From NCBI GenBank assembly GCA_030629005.1, contig DAOVPV010000005.1:462-64461 (forward strand): a stretch of DNA of 64,000 nucleotides, written 5' to 3'. This DNA is from a bacterium (GTDB taxonomy: Bacteria; Babelota; Babeliae; Babelales; UASB340). Positions 16,783-28,161 of this stretch are shown in pieces. The position numbers and the translations under genes are program-made. Position 1 is the first letter of the stretch. Each line of letters begins with the position of its first letter. The notes under the pieces are model-generated. The model had not been told where the DNA came from and searched no databases. It worked only from the letters and a program-made list of their open reading frames with translations.

Positions 16783-17741
16783 TAGTTAATAAACTTCACA
16801 ACCGAATATTTACCATTCCAACTATCCCAAGAAACAAAAACCGTATTTTCATCTATCCATTTGTCATCAATAAGATAGGTAACATCTGTTAAATGACCAA
16901 GCTCTGATCTACTGTGAATTTTAAACTCTCCCATAGAATATTTATGCCAAACACCTAACTCTAGTTCTTTGGCCATCCAAACGTATGCTCGCTCATTCTC
17001 AGACCACTTTAATGGGAAATGCGAAAATCCAATCCACCAACCACAATGTTCTGGATCCAAAGAAGTTAATCTAAAACCAATATTTCCATTTTCTTTAACC
17101 CAAGTAAACTTACATTTAACATCTTTAATTCTACAATTACCCCTGCAGCCCATAGAACCAAACTTTGCTAAACTAGAATGTCTTATATGAGCAACTCGTG
17201 TATTTAAATTTTTTAAAAACATCTGAAAAATATACTGTACATCAGAAACAAATGGGATTCCAAAAACTATAAAATTAGTTTTTTCCGGAAATTTATTTTC
17301 TTTAAAAAACTTTTCAAACTTAGATTTATAAATTAACGAATTTTTAGCATTATTTTTTATACCAGATAAATTTTTATAAAATCCCACTTTTATGGATAAA
17401 AGTATTAATGCAAATAAAATTAATATAATAATATTTTTAAAATATTTATTTATATTTTTTTTACTAAAAAGGTAGATTCCGTAAATAAATGTAAAAATTA
17501 AAATTGGATAAACGGCATTTATATATCGAGGATTTGGATATGCAACCACACCGGGCCAACTAAAAAGAACGCTAGATATAAACAGACCTACAAAAATTTT
17601 TAAATTATTTTTATATGCATAAATCAAAAAACTAAATATAAATATTACTAAAGCTAATAACAAAAGTTTATCTAAATTAGTATGAATACTGAAATTTAAA
17701 AATTCAGATGAAAATCGAACAATAAAATTTAAAAAATTCAT
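16776..17741 (-). CDS. Membrane protein (about 5 TM helices) with a ~190-aa soluble C-terminal domain; possibly the distal half of a split GT-C glycosyltransferase
   Basis: ORF track starts at 17768 on a non-ATG codon; first ATG is at 17741; no recognisable motif in the soluble domain. Confidence 0.5.
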   Translation of the reverse strand: MNFLNFIVRFSSEFLNFSIHTNLDKLLLLALVIFIFSFLIYAYKNNLKIFVGLFISSVLFSWPGVVAYPNPRYINAVYPILIFTFIYGIYLFSKKNINKYFKNIIILILFALILLSIKVGFYKNLSGIKNNAKNSLIYKSKFEKFFKENKFPEKTNFIVFGIPFVSDVQYIFQMFLKNLNTRVAHIRHSSLAKFGSMGCRGNCRIKDVKCKFTWVKENGNIGFRLTSLDPEHCGWWIGFSHFPLKWSENERAYVWMAKELELGVWHKYSMGEFKIHSRSELGHLTDVTYLIDDKWIDENTVFVSWDSWNGKYSVVKFINYL

Positions 17742-17794
17742 AATGTAGCCAATTTTTTCAAAAACCAACCCAACTTAACATTAACCAACAACAT

Positions 17795-17957
17795 CGCCCA
17801 ACGCTTACGCATAGGGCTACCACAAAAACGCCTGCTTACGCAGACTCATTGTAAATTATAATTATTTTAGAAATAAAATATCACGTAAATTTATTAAACC
17901 AACATAGCCTGCGTTAGCGGGCGACTCTACGGTAGCCCTATGCGTAAGCGTTGGGCG
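17795..17957. mobile_element. GC-rich inverted-repeat element (REP-pair or MITE-like), same family as 32976-33287
   Basis: Arms 17795-17843 and 17908-17957; outer 27 nt (CGCCCAACGCTTACGCATAGGGCTACC) are perfectly inverted; AT-rich ~64-nt core; GC-rich against the AT-rich background. Confidence 0.8.
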
Positions 17958-17973
17958 TACAAAAAATAAAACT

Positions 17974-18786
17974 TTATTTTCGTATCAATAACTCTTTTAA
18001 CACTGGAACACGTAGACAAATGTTATTAATAGTTCTAGGCAAACTCGCAAAACCAAAAGCATAAATTCGTATTAACAAATAAATTACATAAACTAGTAAC
18101 ATTAAATATGTTTTATTAAATGCAACTTTTGTCTTTTTCCAAATTGTTTTACTTTCAGAAAATAAAAAAACAAAAATAAATATAGAAAAACCTAAAAAGA
18201 TAGTATTTTCTCGCGAACAGATAGAAAATAAAAAAAACAAAGCTGACAAAAAATTAAATATAAATTTATTTTTAACCCAATAAAATCTAAAACTAATCAA
18301 ACTTAATAACATAAAAAAAATTGCTAAAAAGTTATGCAATGTACTTATCCAAGTTATCCAGTCCATAATAGGATAAAAAGCCAATAACAAACCAGATATT
18401 ACAGAAAAACTAATTGGCATAAAAAAAGAACACAAATAAAAGAACAGCGAAATATTTATAGCATGAAAAAATACATTTAAAAAATAATATGCCCGCACAT
18501 TAAATTCGAATAAATAATAAATAAAACTAAACGGAATATGCTGCATTGGTCTATAAAAACCGGAAACTATATTCGCTTGAGGTACATTAAAATTTACCGG
18601 ATATAAATAATTGCGCTCATCTTCTAAAAAAATGCGTAACAAATCCTTTCCAGATTTTATAATGCCGGCAATTATATTGCCACAATCATCTAAAGAAAAC
18701 CAAATTTCTTTTATAGAAAAAAAATAAAAGACAAACGTTATTAAAAATAAGGTTATTGCCCAGAAAAGTTTGGATTTAAAAAACAT
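17974..18786 (-). CDS. N-terminal portion of a GT-C fold (TMTC/PMT_2-like) membrane glycosyltransferase
   Basis: 270 aa, multi-TM; 'IWFSLDDCGNII' (DD loop-1 motif) and 'GFYRPMQHIPFSF...YFLNVFFHAINISLF' (YRP...H..N pattern); ORF ends just before the REP element. Confidence 0.5.
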   Translation of the reverse strand: MFFKSKLFWAITLFLITFVFYFFSIKEIWFSLDDCGNIIAGIIKSGKDLLRIFLEDERNYLYPVNFNVPQANIVSGFYRPMQHIPFSFIYYLFEFNVRAYYFLNVFFHAINISLFFYLCSFFMPISFSVISGLLLAFYPIMDWITWISTLHNFLAIFFMLLSLISFRFYWVKNKFIFNFLSALFFLFSICSRENTIFLGFSIFIFVFLFSESKTIWKKTKVAFNKTYLMLLVYVIYLLIRIYAFGFASLPRTINNICLRVPVLKELLIRK

Positions 18787-18789
18787 AAG

Positions 18790-20950
<2,161 letters not shown>

Positions 20951-20958
<8 letters not shown>

Positions 20959-22306
20959 AGCTCTCTCCTAAGGGACAAGACTTGTATCTAATTCTATACC
21001 AAAACATTTGTAAACCCTGTGCTACTAAAATTATCAATACTGGCTCAAACATCATCCTAAACCTAGCGCACCCATCGTGCCCAGTAATAAATGCAAAATA
21101 AAAAATATAAAAAATCAATAGAAAAAATATTTTAAAATTCCGCCTAACTAATAAAAAAATTAATGCTGCTAAAATTAAAAATATACGCAATAAACTCCAA
21201 ATTACTTCTAAAACCGCAACAAGTTTTACTGTATACAAATCTGTTCCAGATAAAACATAATTGGAAATTCGATCAAAGAATTTACCCTTAAGTTTGAAAA
21301 AGGATAAATCGCCACCTGCTAAATTTTTATTAACTAAAACTTTTAAATTTGTCGAATAAAGCCCAAACATTGTTTTCATTACATTTTTAAACCAAACTTT
21401 TATAAAAATAAAATGATCTTTTGACAAGGTTTGTTTAAAAATTTCGCCAGCCTTATCCCAACTTTTTGAATCTAATTTATTGCCAGGAACAAGCTTTGCC
21501 ATATTTTTTTGTTCAATCTTTTCTGAAGTTTTATTCTTTATTGCCAAAACTTTCGGCAACAAATAAAAATATAAATTCTCTTTTGCAAGAGTCGTCACAC
21601 AAAAATTTCCATAATTTACTTTATTGAAAACAGCATAAGAAATTACAGGAGCATAAAAAGATATTGCAAATAAAACCAAAGCTTTGAAATTTTTAAATTT
21701 GCTCTCTAAACGTAAGGAAGCAAGTAAAATTAATATAAAAAATATAAAATACATTGCTGCAGGCTTTACCCATACAGAAAGACCTAAAACTAATCCAGAA
21801 TAGACTAAATTTCGGTAATTATTTTTATACAAAAATAATACAAAAAAATACAAAAAACTTGTTAATAAAAAAACAAGCAAACTTTCTGTTAAAATGAAAT
21901 TAGAAAAAGTAATAAAGCCCACGTTTAAGCAGGACAAAATAAATGCGATAATAGCCGTACTAAATCCCCAAATTAAATTGGCAATACTAAAAATTAAAAA
22001 ACAAGTCAAAAGCACCAATATAATTTGCATCCAAATAACAGTATTATTCTTGTTACTAAATATTTTATAAATAGTAGCTAAAAACACAGGATAACCCAAA
22101 GAAAAGTATGGCACAGTTTTATCTGCTTCTTTCAAAACAGTTTTACCATGCTTATAAAACTTTTCAGCATTAAAAATATAAGCCTTTGAGTCTATATCTT
22201 GATATGGATCCACATAATTAGTATGGCTAACATAGTTGCTAAGACTTTTTGCTAAAAACAAAAAAACTAAAGAAAATATTATTAAATACATTTCTTTATA
22301 CTTCAC
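20951..22306 (-). CDS. GT-C fold membrane glycosyltransferase (ArnT/PMT family 39/83-like), copy 1
   Basis: 451 aa, more than 10 TM segments; N-terminal loop 'DSKAYIFNAEKF...PYFSLGYPVFLA'; 8-nt overlap with the manC start. Confidence 0.6.
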
Positions 22307-22308
22307 AA

Positions 22309-23793
22309 CTACCCCTTTAATTTTATGAACTTAATTCTTTCTCTTTTTACATGCCCTGCAAAAAATATATTTTCCCTATCAACATTTCCTAAAAAGGTTT
22401 CCACGCGATCAAATGCAGAAATCATTACAGCATCCATTCCATCATATTTATGCAAGCCATTTCTCCCCATCAAATATAAATTATTAAATTTAGAAAGATA
22501 GTTTTTAACAATATTTAGGCTTTCTTTGTAATTTTTATCATAAACAGGATAAGCTTCACGCTCTCTCAAAATCATTCCATCCAAAATTAAATCTTTCTCA
22601 ACTAATCCTATTTTTTCTAATTCTACTTTACCTAATTCTAGAAGCTGGCCATCTGTTTTATTCCATAAATCATCATCAACAAATGCAAAATATTCAAGAC
22701 TTAGACTAGTATGATCTTTGGCATCTATCATCTTTAAAGAAAAATTATTCATATTACCAACACGGCCCATTCGAACCGTTTTTTCATGAATATAAAGCCA
22801 ATGGTCTGGACATATATTTTTTTTATTAACAATAAAATTTACAGTTATTAAACCACGATAAGATAATTTTTTTGCCGCATTAATTATAAACTCTTCTGGC
22901 AATGGATCTAAAGACAAAATCAAATCTCGTAACGGCATTGTTGAGAAAAAAAAGTCTGCATTATATTCATTTAATTTTTTTGTAGGGCAAACTCTAGGAC
23001 TCAAATTATAAGTTAAAATGGACTTCAACGAATTTTTATTATGTTTTATCTGAATAACTTTTTCATTCAAACAAATCTTTGAATTTTTATTATCTTGAAT
23101 AATATTATCAGCCACTCGTTGCCACAAAGTGCCCGCACCAAGCTCAGGGTAATAAAAAATATCTGCCAGAGTCCGAGGAGCACTTTTCCTTGCAAACTTT
23201 CCAAAAAAAGCATAAAAAATTGCTTTGGATAAAGAAAAGCCTTTTATACGTTCACTAGCCCAGTCAGAAGAAATCTCTGTACAAGGAATTCCCCAAACTT
23301 TTTCTGAATATGTTTTAAAAAAAATAGAAAACAAACGATAACCAAATTTATTAGTTACCCAATCTTGAAATGATTTAACATTCTTAATAGGAAAAAATCG
23401 AATCTTTACATAACTAAAAACGCACAAAAAACCTTCTATTAGGCCTAAACCTAAAATTGCATCTAAAGCTTGTAATGGATAGTGAAAAAAGTGGCTTTTG
23501 TAGTAGATCCGAGTGAATCTTTTTAATTGAACAAAATTATTTTCTTTACTCTCTCCCTCCATCACTTTTTTCCACCAAAGTTCTACTTTTTTTGAATGCG
23601 TTAAAAAATGATGTGGCCCTATATCAAACTTGCAACCATTATACGTAATCGTTTTAGAAAGTCCACCAACTTGATTATCTTTTTCTAAAATATTTAAATT
23701 AAACCGTCCGGTCTTTGTTAATTCAGCCCCAGCCGTAAGACCCGCAGGACCAGCTCCTATAACTACAACTTTTTTTTTATTAAACTCATCCAT
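22309..23793 (-). CDS. FAD/NAD(P)-dependent oxidoreductase (amine-oxidase / UDP-galactopyranose-mutase-like fold)
   Basis: 494 aa; N-terminal 'KVVVIGAGPAGLTAGAEL...ILEKDNQVGG' dinucleotide-binding motif. Confidence 0.7.
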   Translation of the reverse strand: MDEFNKKKVVVIGAGPAGLTAGAELTKTGRFNLNILEKDNQVGGLSKTITYNGCKFDIGPHHFLTHSKKVELWWKKVMEGESKENNFVQLKRFTRIYYKSHFFHYPLQALDAILGLGLIEGFLCVFSYVKIRFFPIKNVKSFQDWVTNKFGYRLFSIFFKTYSEKVWGIPCTEISSDWASERIKGFSLSKAIFYAFFGKFARKSAPRTLADIFYYPELGAGTLWQRVADNIIQDNKNSKICLNEKVIQIKHNKNSLKSILTYNLSPRVCPTKKLNEYNADFFFSTMPLRDLILSLDPLPEEFIINAAKKLSYRGLITVNFIVNKKNICPDHWLYIHEKTVRMGRVGNMNNFSLKMIDAKDHTSLSLEYFAFVDDDLWNKTDGQLLELGKVELEKIGLVEKDLILDGMILREREAYPVYDKNYKESLNIVKNYLSKFNNLYLMGRNGLHKYDGMDAVMISAFDRVETFLGNVDRENIFFAGHVKRERIKFIKLKG

Positions 23794-23879
23794 GCTTTCT
23801 CTTTTTTAACCCGACTTCGCAAAAATGTAATTTTATAATCTATTTTTACAATAAAGCTTCGACGGGGTTTCGCATTGAA

Positions 23880-25274
23880 TCATAATTTAAAATTATGATT
23901 CAGCTTCACAAATTTTAACCAGAATTCAATTGATAAGAGTAACAAAATAGGTTCTATTGACAACCTTAATCTTGCAAATCCACAAGACAAAGAAATTATT
24001 ATAAATAAAAGAATAAAAAATATTAACTTAAAAAAAACTAACCTATAATCATGTGAATAGATAGAATTATAAGCAAAACCGAAAAAACCAATTATTAAAA
24101 AAATAAAAAAAATTATCTCAAAATAGATTATTGGAATAACTAATTTATTATTAACTTTTGGAAATAAAAATCTTTTAAATAAGCCTAAAAGACTGCTTTT
24201 ATTTTTATAATCTGGAAGCTTCCCGGAATCTAAAAATAAAATTTCAGAACTATACAAAGAAAAACATGTTTTTAAAACATTTCTTATACTAATTTTTAAC
24301 GCTACAAGTGGATATTTTAAAAAATAACCAAAAGCCAACCTCTCTCCAACAACACTAACTTCAGCATCGTTTAATTTTCTATTTTTTTTAATAGAAATAT
24401 TATTAATAGATTCTTCCCATTTTTTATTAACTTTGCTTAAAGCCACCATGTAAGAAATATTATCTTTTTGCATGCAAATTCTGGCTGCACCATGTTTTAT
24501 AAAATGTATCCCAGGCAAAGTTGAAAAAAATAAGCATCCTGTCAATAAATAGTTACGCAATAACCATGGCAAAACCGCAACAAACCATCCCAAAAATATA
24601 CATGCAATATTTTTAAACTTTATTAATAATTTTACTCGATCAAACTTGAATAGATATAATTTAGGATTATTAAAACCAAGCAAAATTAAAACTATAACTA
24701 GAAATATTAAATAATGACCTACAGGCCTAAACATACTAGCTAAGCCAAGGAATATTCCAGATATAAAAAGTTTTTTGAATGCCAGGAACGGAGACTTAAT
24801 CCGGGATCTAGTCCTTTTATAAAAATAAAAGATTAAAAATATTAAAAAAAATAATAAAAACAGACCATCCGTCATGGCAAGACCAGAAAAAACAACAAAC
24901 CCAACATCAAAACAAGACAATAGCGCTGCCAATTTTGCTAATAAAACATTCGCAGGAAATAACATTAAAGATAAATAAAAAATTAATATTGGAATAAAAC
25001 AAGATAAAATTATTTGTATAATTAACGAATTATTAAAATCATTAAAAATGTTTGTTGCCGCTAAAAATATAGAATACCCAGGCAAGCGGTAAAAATGCGA
25101 GCTACCATCTGCATTTGTTATTGTTTTGTTTTCTATTATTTGCTCAGCAACTTCCTTGTATACACGGCTATCAAATTGCCAAAGGACAAATTTATCTTTC
25201 ACAAAGAAACTAAAAAATAAAAATCTTATAACAAAAGCAAATATAAATATAAAAATAAAAAATTTTTTATTCAC
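23880..25274 (-). CDS. GT-C fold membrane glycosyltransferase (ArnT/PMT-like), copy 2
   Basis: 464 aa; 'FYRLPGYSIFLAA' and 'FRPVGHYLIFL' shared with copy 3; start overlaps the stop of the USP gene by 8 nt. Confidence 0.6.
   Translation of the reverse strand: MNKKFFIFIFIFAFVIRFLFFSFFVKDKFVLWQFDSRVYKEVAEQIIENKTITNADGSSHFYRLPGYSIFLAATNIFNDFNNSLIIQIILSCFIPILIFYLSLMLFPANVLLAKLAALLSCFDVGFVVFSGLAMTDGLFLLFFLIFLIFYFYKRTRSRIKSPFLAFKKLFISGIFLGLASMFRPVGHYLIFLVIVLILLGFNNPKLYLFKFDRVKLLIKFKNIACIFLGWFVAVLPWLLRNYLLTGCLFFSTLPGIHFIKHGAARICMQKDNISYMVALSKVNKKWEESINNISIKKNRKLNDAEVSVVGERLAFGYFLKYPLVALKISIRNVLKTCFSLYSSEILFLDSGKLPDYKNKSSLLGLFKRFLFPKVNNKLVIPIIYFEIIFFIFLIIGFFGFAYNSIYSHDYRLVFFKLIFFILLFIIISLSCGFARLRLSIEPILLLLSIEFWLKFVKLNHNFKL
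24794..24814. repeat. Half-copy of the hairpin element (ACTTAATCCGGGATCTAGTCC) inside GT-C copy 2
   Basis: Matches the outer end of the element at 27644-27677, at the orthologous codons ('TRSRIKS') of the paralogue. Confidence 0.7.
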
Positions 25275-26460
25275 TTAATGCTTTATTTAAACTACGTGTA
25301 TTCTTAAATATACTATTTATTATTTTTTTATTACCCACAACCACATTGTTCAAAATCACACAAGAACATGGTGCAATATTAAAGCCGTCGATTTTTATAT
25401 TACCTGTAATTTCTATATCTTCTAATTTTATAATGTTGTTATTATTTAAATTTGTATTTTCAAGACTTAAATTACCATTAATTTTTTTAGATTTCAGCTC
25501 AACCTTTTGAAACTTTTCGTCTTCTTTAAAATTTGGAGCATAAGTTTCATCAAAAAGATTAACATCTCCGGCTATTTCTTCTTTAAATTCAGGCAACTTT
25601 CTGTAAAAAACAACTACCGGAGTAAAGGATCCCTTATTTTTCAAATTATCACCTAATTTTTTTTCTTCAATTTTTTCGGTACAAATATCATTACAATACC
25701 ACCAGCTATCTAAGCCATCAGACCTTTCCTCTACCAAAGCAGTATAATGCCCAGAACTTGGAGTACGTCCATTATGATAAATTATACCAAAAAGCTCATA
25801 ATTTACGGGAGTTGCAACATCTGTCTGCTCTTCATCAATAGTAATATTTTCATTAATAATAATATTAGTTAAAATTTTAACATCAATTAGGCCTCTTTCT
25901 ATACACATAATAAAAATATTAGGAGTTTTTTTAAATTTCTTCGTAAACTGTTCATTTAATAAATCTTGAAACGATGAATCTTCCTTTATGGTATCAAATA
26001 TCAAAAGATTGAGCTGATCTCGCACATCTGGTCTTGTTAAATTAAAAGAATAAGATAAACAATCTAAATCTACAAAACAAGAATCTTTGCTTAGTATTTT
26101 TGATAAAAGCTTGGCCACAGGATGTTGAGTCCCCCCAAAACCTCCATTTTTATTCAAAGAAAATAAATTATTAAGGACACTTCCATCACACTCATTCTTA
26201 ATATCTAAATGACGACCCTGACTTGTATCTGCCAAATCATTTAAAATTTTACAAAGACATGTTTGTTCTTGATTTTTTTCAATTAATTTATCAAACAAAA
26301 GGTCTTTAAATGAAGCAAGGCATTGTAATGTTGAATTTAAAAAGCATGTGCTACCGTTATTTTGCAGTCCCCTTCTAGCAGATATGTTTTGAAAAAAAAA
26401 TGGAAATATTAAAATTAAAATTATTTTTGTAGTAAAGATTTTATTTATTTTTTTATTCAT
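25267..26460 (-). CDS. Leader-bearing ubiquitin-specific protease (USP/UCH, peptidase C19) homologue
   Basis: Cys box 'GLQNNGSTCFLNSTLQCL'; His box 'YELFGIIYHNGRTPSSGHYTALV' followed by 'WWYCNDICTEKI'; GGAG RBS before the ATG at 26460; hydrophobic leader 'IILILIFPFFFQNISA'. Confidence 0.8.
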   Translation of the reverse strand: MNKKINKIFTTKIILILIFPFFFQNISARRGLQNNGSTCFLNSTLQCLASFKDLLFDKLIEKNQEQTCLCKILNDLADTSQGRHLDIKNECDGSVLNNLFSLNKNGGFGGTQHPVAKLLSKILSKDSCFVDLDCLSYSFNLTRPDVRDQLNLLIFDTIKEDSSFQDLLNEQFTKKFKKTPNIFIMCIERGLIDVKILTNIIINENITIDEEQTDVATPVNYELFGIIYHNGRTPSSGHYTALVEERSDGLDSWWYCNDICTEKIEEKKLGDNLKNKGSFTPVVVFYRKLPEFKEEIAGDVNLFDETYAPNFKEDEKFQKVELKSKKINGNLSLENTNLNNNNIIKLEDIEITGNIKIDGFNIAPCSCVILNNVVVGNKKIINSIFKNTRSLNKALSE

Positions 26461-26511
26461 AAAAACTCCAATCATATAAACACTAAAAATTACATTTTCC
26501 GTATAACAAAA

Positions 26512-28161
26512 TCAAATATCTAATTTGAATATATTTGTATAAAAACCAAATGATACAAGTATTAATAACGGTTCTATTGGCAAGCGCATTCTAGCATAAC
26601 CACCAGCAAGGCCAATTACTAAAAAGAATGAAATAAAGGCAAACATAGAAAAAAATTTTGATTCTAAAACGAACCCTGAATAACAAAATAAATAAACCAA
26701 GAAGCTTCCAAAAACTCCCAACAAAATAAACAAAAACAAAACTATTTCAAAATAAACTAATAATTTTAAATATATATTCTTCGTAGGTGGAATTAAGTAA
26801 CGCTTAAGCAAATCCCAAACCGTTCGTTTATTAGAAAAATAATCTATACTTTGCCTATTATTTTCTAGATATAAAATTTCTGCAGAATACAAAGAAAAGC
26901 TTGTTCTAAATATATCTATTAAAAAATTCTTTATTGTTATAAATGGATATTTCTTAAAATATTTAAACGCTAAATCAAACTGTAAATTACAATATTCTAT
27001 TTCATTTAAATCCCGGCCCAATTCATTTTTTTTCTCTTGAGCCAACAAGCTTACCTTTTTTCTTAAAATTTCTTTAGTTTTATCATAACTGCATCCTTCT
27101 TCTAACATCGCACTACGAGCTGCTGCAAAGTTTAAAAAATGCCCACCAGGTAAAGTATGAAAAAAAACTTGTCCCTGAGCAACATAATTCCTTACAAGCC
27201 AAGGACTAACAACAATTATAAAACCTAAAGTTAAAAATAAACTTTTTTTTATATTTAATTTTAATTTTTTTTTTATATCTGGATCCCCGATCAAGCCGGG
27301 GATGACAAGAGAGATTTTATTATTTTTAAAATTTAAATTATTTAAAAAAATTAAAATCACAGACAAAAATAATAAATAGTGGCCAACAGGACGAACGAGA
27401 CCAGCAAGACCAAGAAATATACCGGCAACAAAAAGATTTTTGAATGCCGAGCTACTACTTCGTTGAAACTTCGAAGTACAAGACGGAGATCCCGGATCGT
27501 AGTCTCCAGTCTTCGCCATGGGCTTCGACGGACAGGCAGGAATGACAGTGCCTACGGCGCTGTTAATGCTACCAGTACCTAACCCAATATTGCTTTCATT
27601 TAACCCATACTTTGTATTGACCAAATAGTGCTCGCTTTCTGCGTTTGTCATCCCGGACTTGATCCGGGATCTAGTCCCTTTATAAAAATAAAAGATCAAA
27701 AAAAATATAAACAAAAATATAAACAAAGTCTCTGACATAAAAAAGCCAGAATATAAAACAAGACCAATTTGAATAGCACTATACAAAGAAGAAAGCTTTG
27801 CCAAAACCAAGCTTTTTGGAAATAAAATTAAAGATAATAAAAAAATCAATACGGGAATTAACGATCCCAAAAGTATTTGAAACCACAAAACATTTTTGGT
27901 ATCCACACCAAATAATTTATAAAAACTAGCCAAAAACATTGGATATCCTGGTAACCGATAAAAATTTTGTTTACCATTTACTGAATAACCATGCCCAGAA
28001 GAAATGCTTTTAGCTATTTTATGATAAGTATTAGAATCTACCTGCCAGTAATTATTATTTTTAGATAAATAACTATTAAAAATGAAGCTTCTAATTAAAA
28101 AAGAAAACACAAATAAAATTAATAAAAAATACTTATGCTCCTTTATCAATCTAATTATCAA
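26512..28161 (-). CDS. GT-C fold membrane glycosyltransferase (ArnT/PMT-like), copy 3, carrying in-frame repeat-element insertions
   Basis: 549 aa; collinear with copy 2 ('FYRLPGYPMFLAS', 'VRPVGHYLLFL') apart from a 66-codon GC-rich insertion and a 'VIPGLIGDP' hairpin insertion. Confidence 0.6.
   Translation of the reverse strand: MIIRLIKEHKYFLLILFVFSFLIRSFIFNSYLSKNNNYWQVDSNTYHKIAKSISSGHGYSVNGKQNFYRLPGYPMFLASFYKLFGVDTKNVLWFQILLGSLIPVLIFLLSLILFPKSLVLAKLSSLYSAIQIGLVLYSGFFMSETLFIFLFIFFLIFYFYKGTRSRIKSGMTNAESEHYLVNTKYGLNESNIGLGTGSINSAVGTVIPACPSKPMAKTGDYDPGSPSCTSKFQRSSSSAFKNLFVAGIFLGLAGLVRPVGHYLLFLSVILIFLNNLNFKNNKISLVIPGLIGDPDIKKKLKLNIKKSLFLTLGFIIVVSPWLVRNYVAQGQVFFHTLPGGHFLNFAAARSAMLEEGCSYDKTKEILRKKVSLLAQEKKNELGRDLNEIEYCNLQFDLAFKYFKKYPFITIKNFLIDIFRTSFSLYSAEILYLENNRQSIDYFSNKRTVWDLLKRYLIPPTKNIYLKLLVYFEIVLFLFILLGVFGSFLVYLFCYSGFVLESKFFSMFAFISFFLVIGLAGGYARMRLPIEPLLILVSFGFYTNIFKLDI
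27281..27309. repeat. Solo hairpin element GGATCCCCGATCAAGCCGGGGATGACAAG, in frame within the CDS
   Basis: 7-bp GC stem (ATCCCCG/CGGGGAT); translates as 'VIPGLIGDP' in a loop absent from the paralogue. Confidence 0.7.
27487..27677. mobile_element. MITE-like composite: two inverted copies of the (CT)AGATCCCGG...GGATGACA hairpin element flanking ~95 nt, in frame within the CDS
   Basis: Left copy 27487-27548 (expanded loop); right copy 27644-27677 (TTTGTCATCCCGGACTTGATCCGGGATCTAGTCC); conspicuously GC-rich compared with the flanks. Confidence 0.65.

Noticed and set aside
23806-23880. GC-richer snippets (AACCCGACTTCGC, GCTTCGACGGGGTTTCGC) in the intergenic spacer that partly resemble GGCTTCGACGG inside the 27487-27548 element.
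   Set aside because: The shared string is only about 10 nt, and I could not build a convincing inverted or direct repeat from it. It may be a degraded element fragment, but this is unsupported.
23874-23900. Perfect 13-1-13 palindrome TGAATCATAATTT-A-AAATTATGATTCA at the 3' end of GT-C copy 2, considered as a terminator.
   Set aside because: It is entirely AT-rich, so it would form a weak stem. It overlaps the last codons and is not followed by a T tract on the transcribed strand, and the downstream gene appears co-oriented in the same operon. I note it only as a palindrome.
27379-27582. 67-aa plus-strand ORF rich in Arg/Thr/Ser within the GC-rich island.
   Set aside because: It is antisense to the open GT-C reading frame and coincides with the inserted repeat element. 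An open frame here is a by-product of the locally high GC content.
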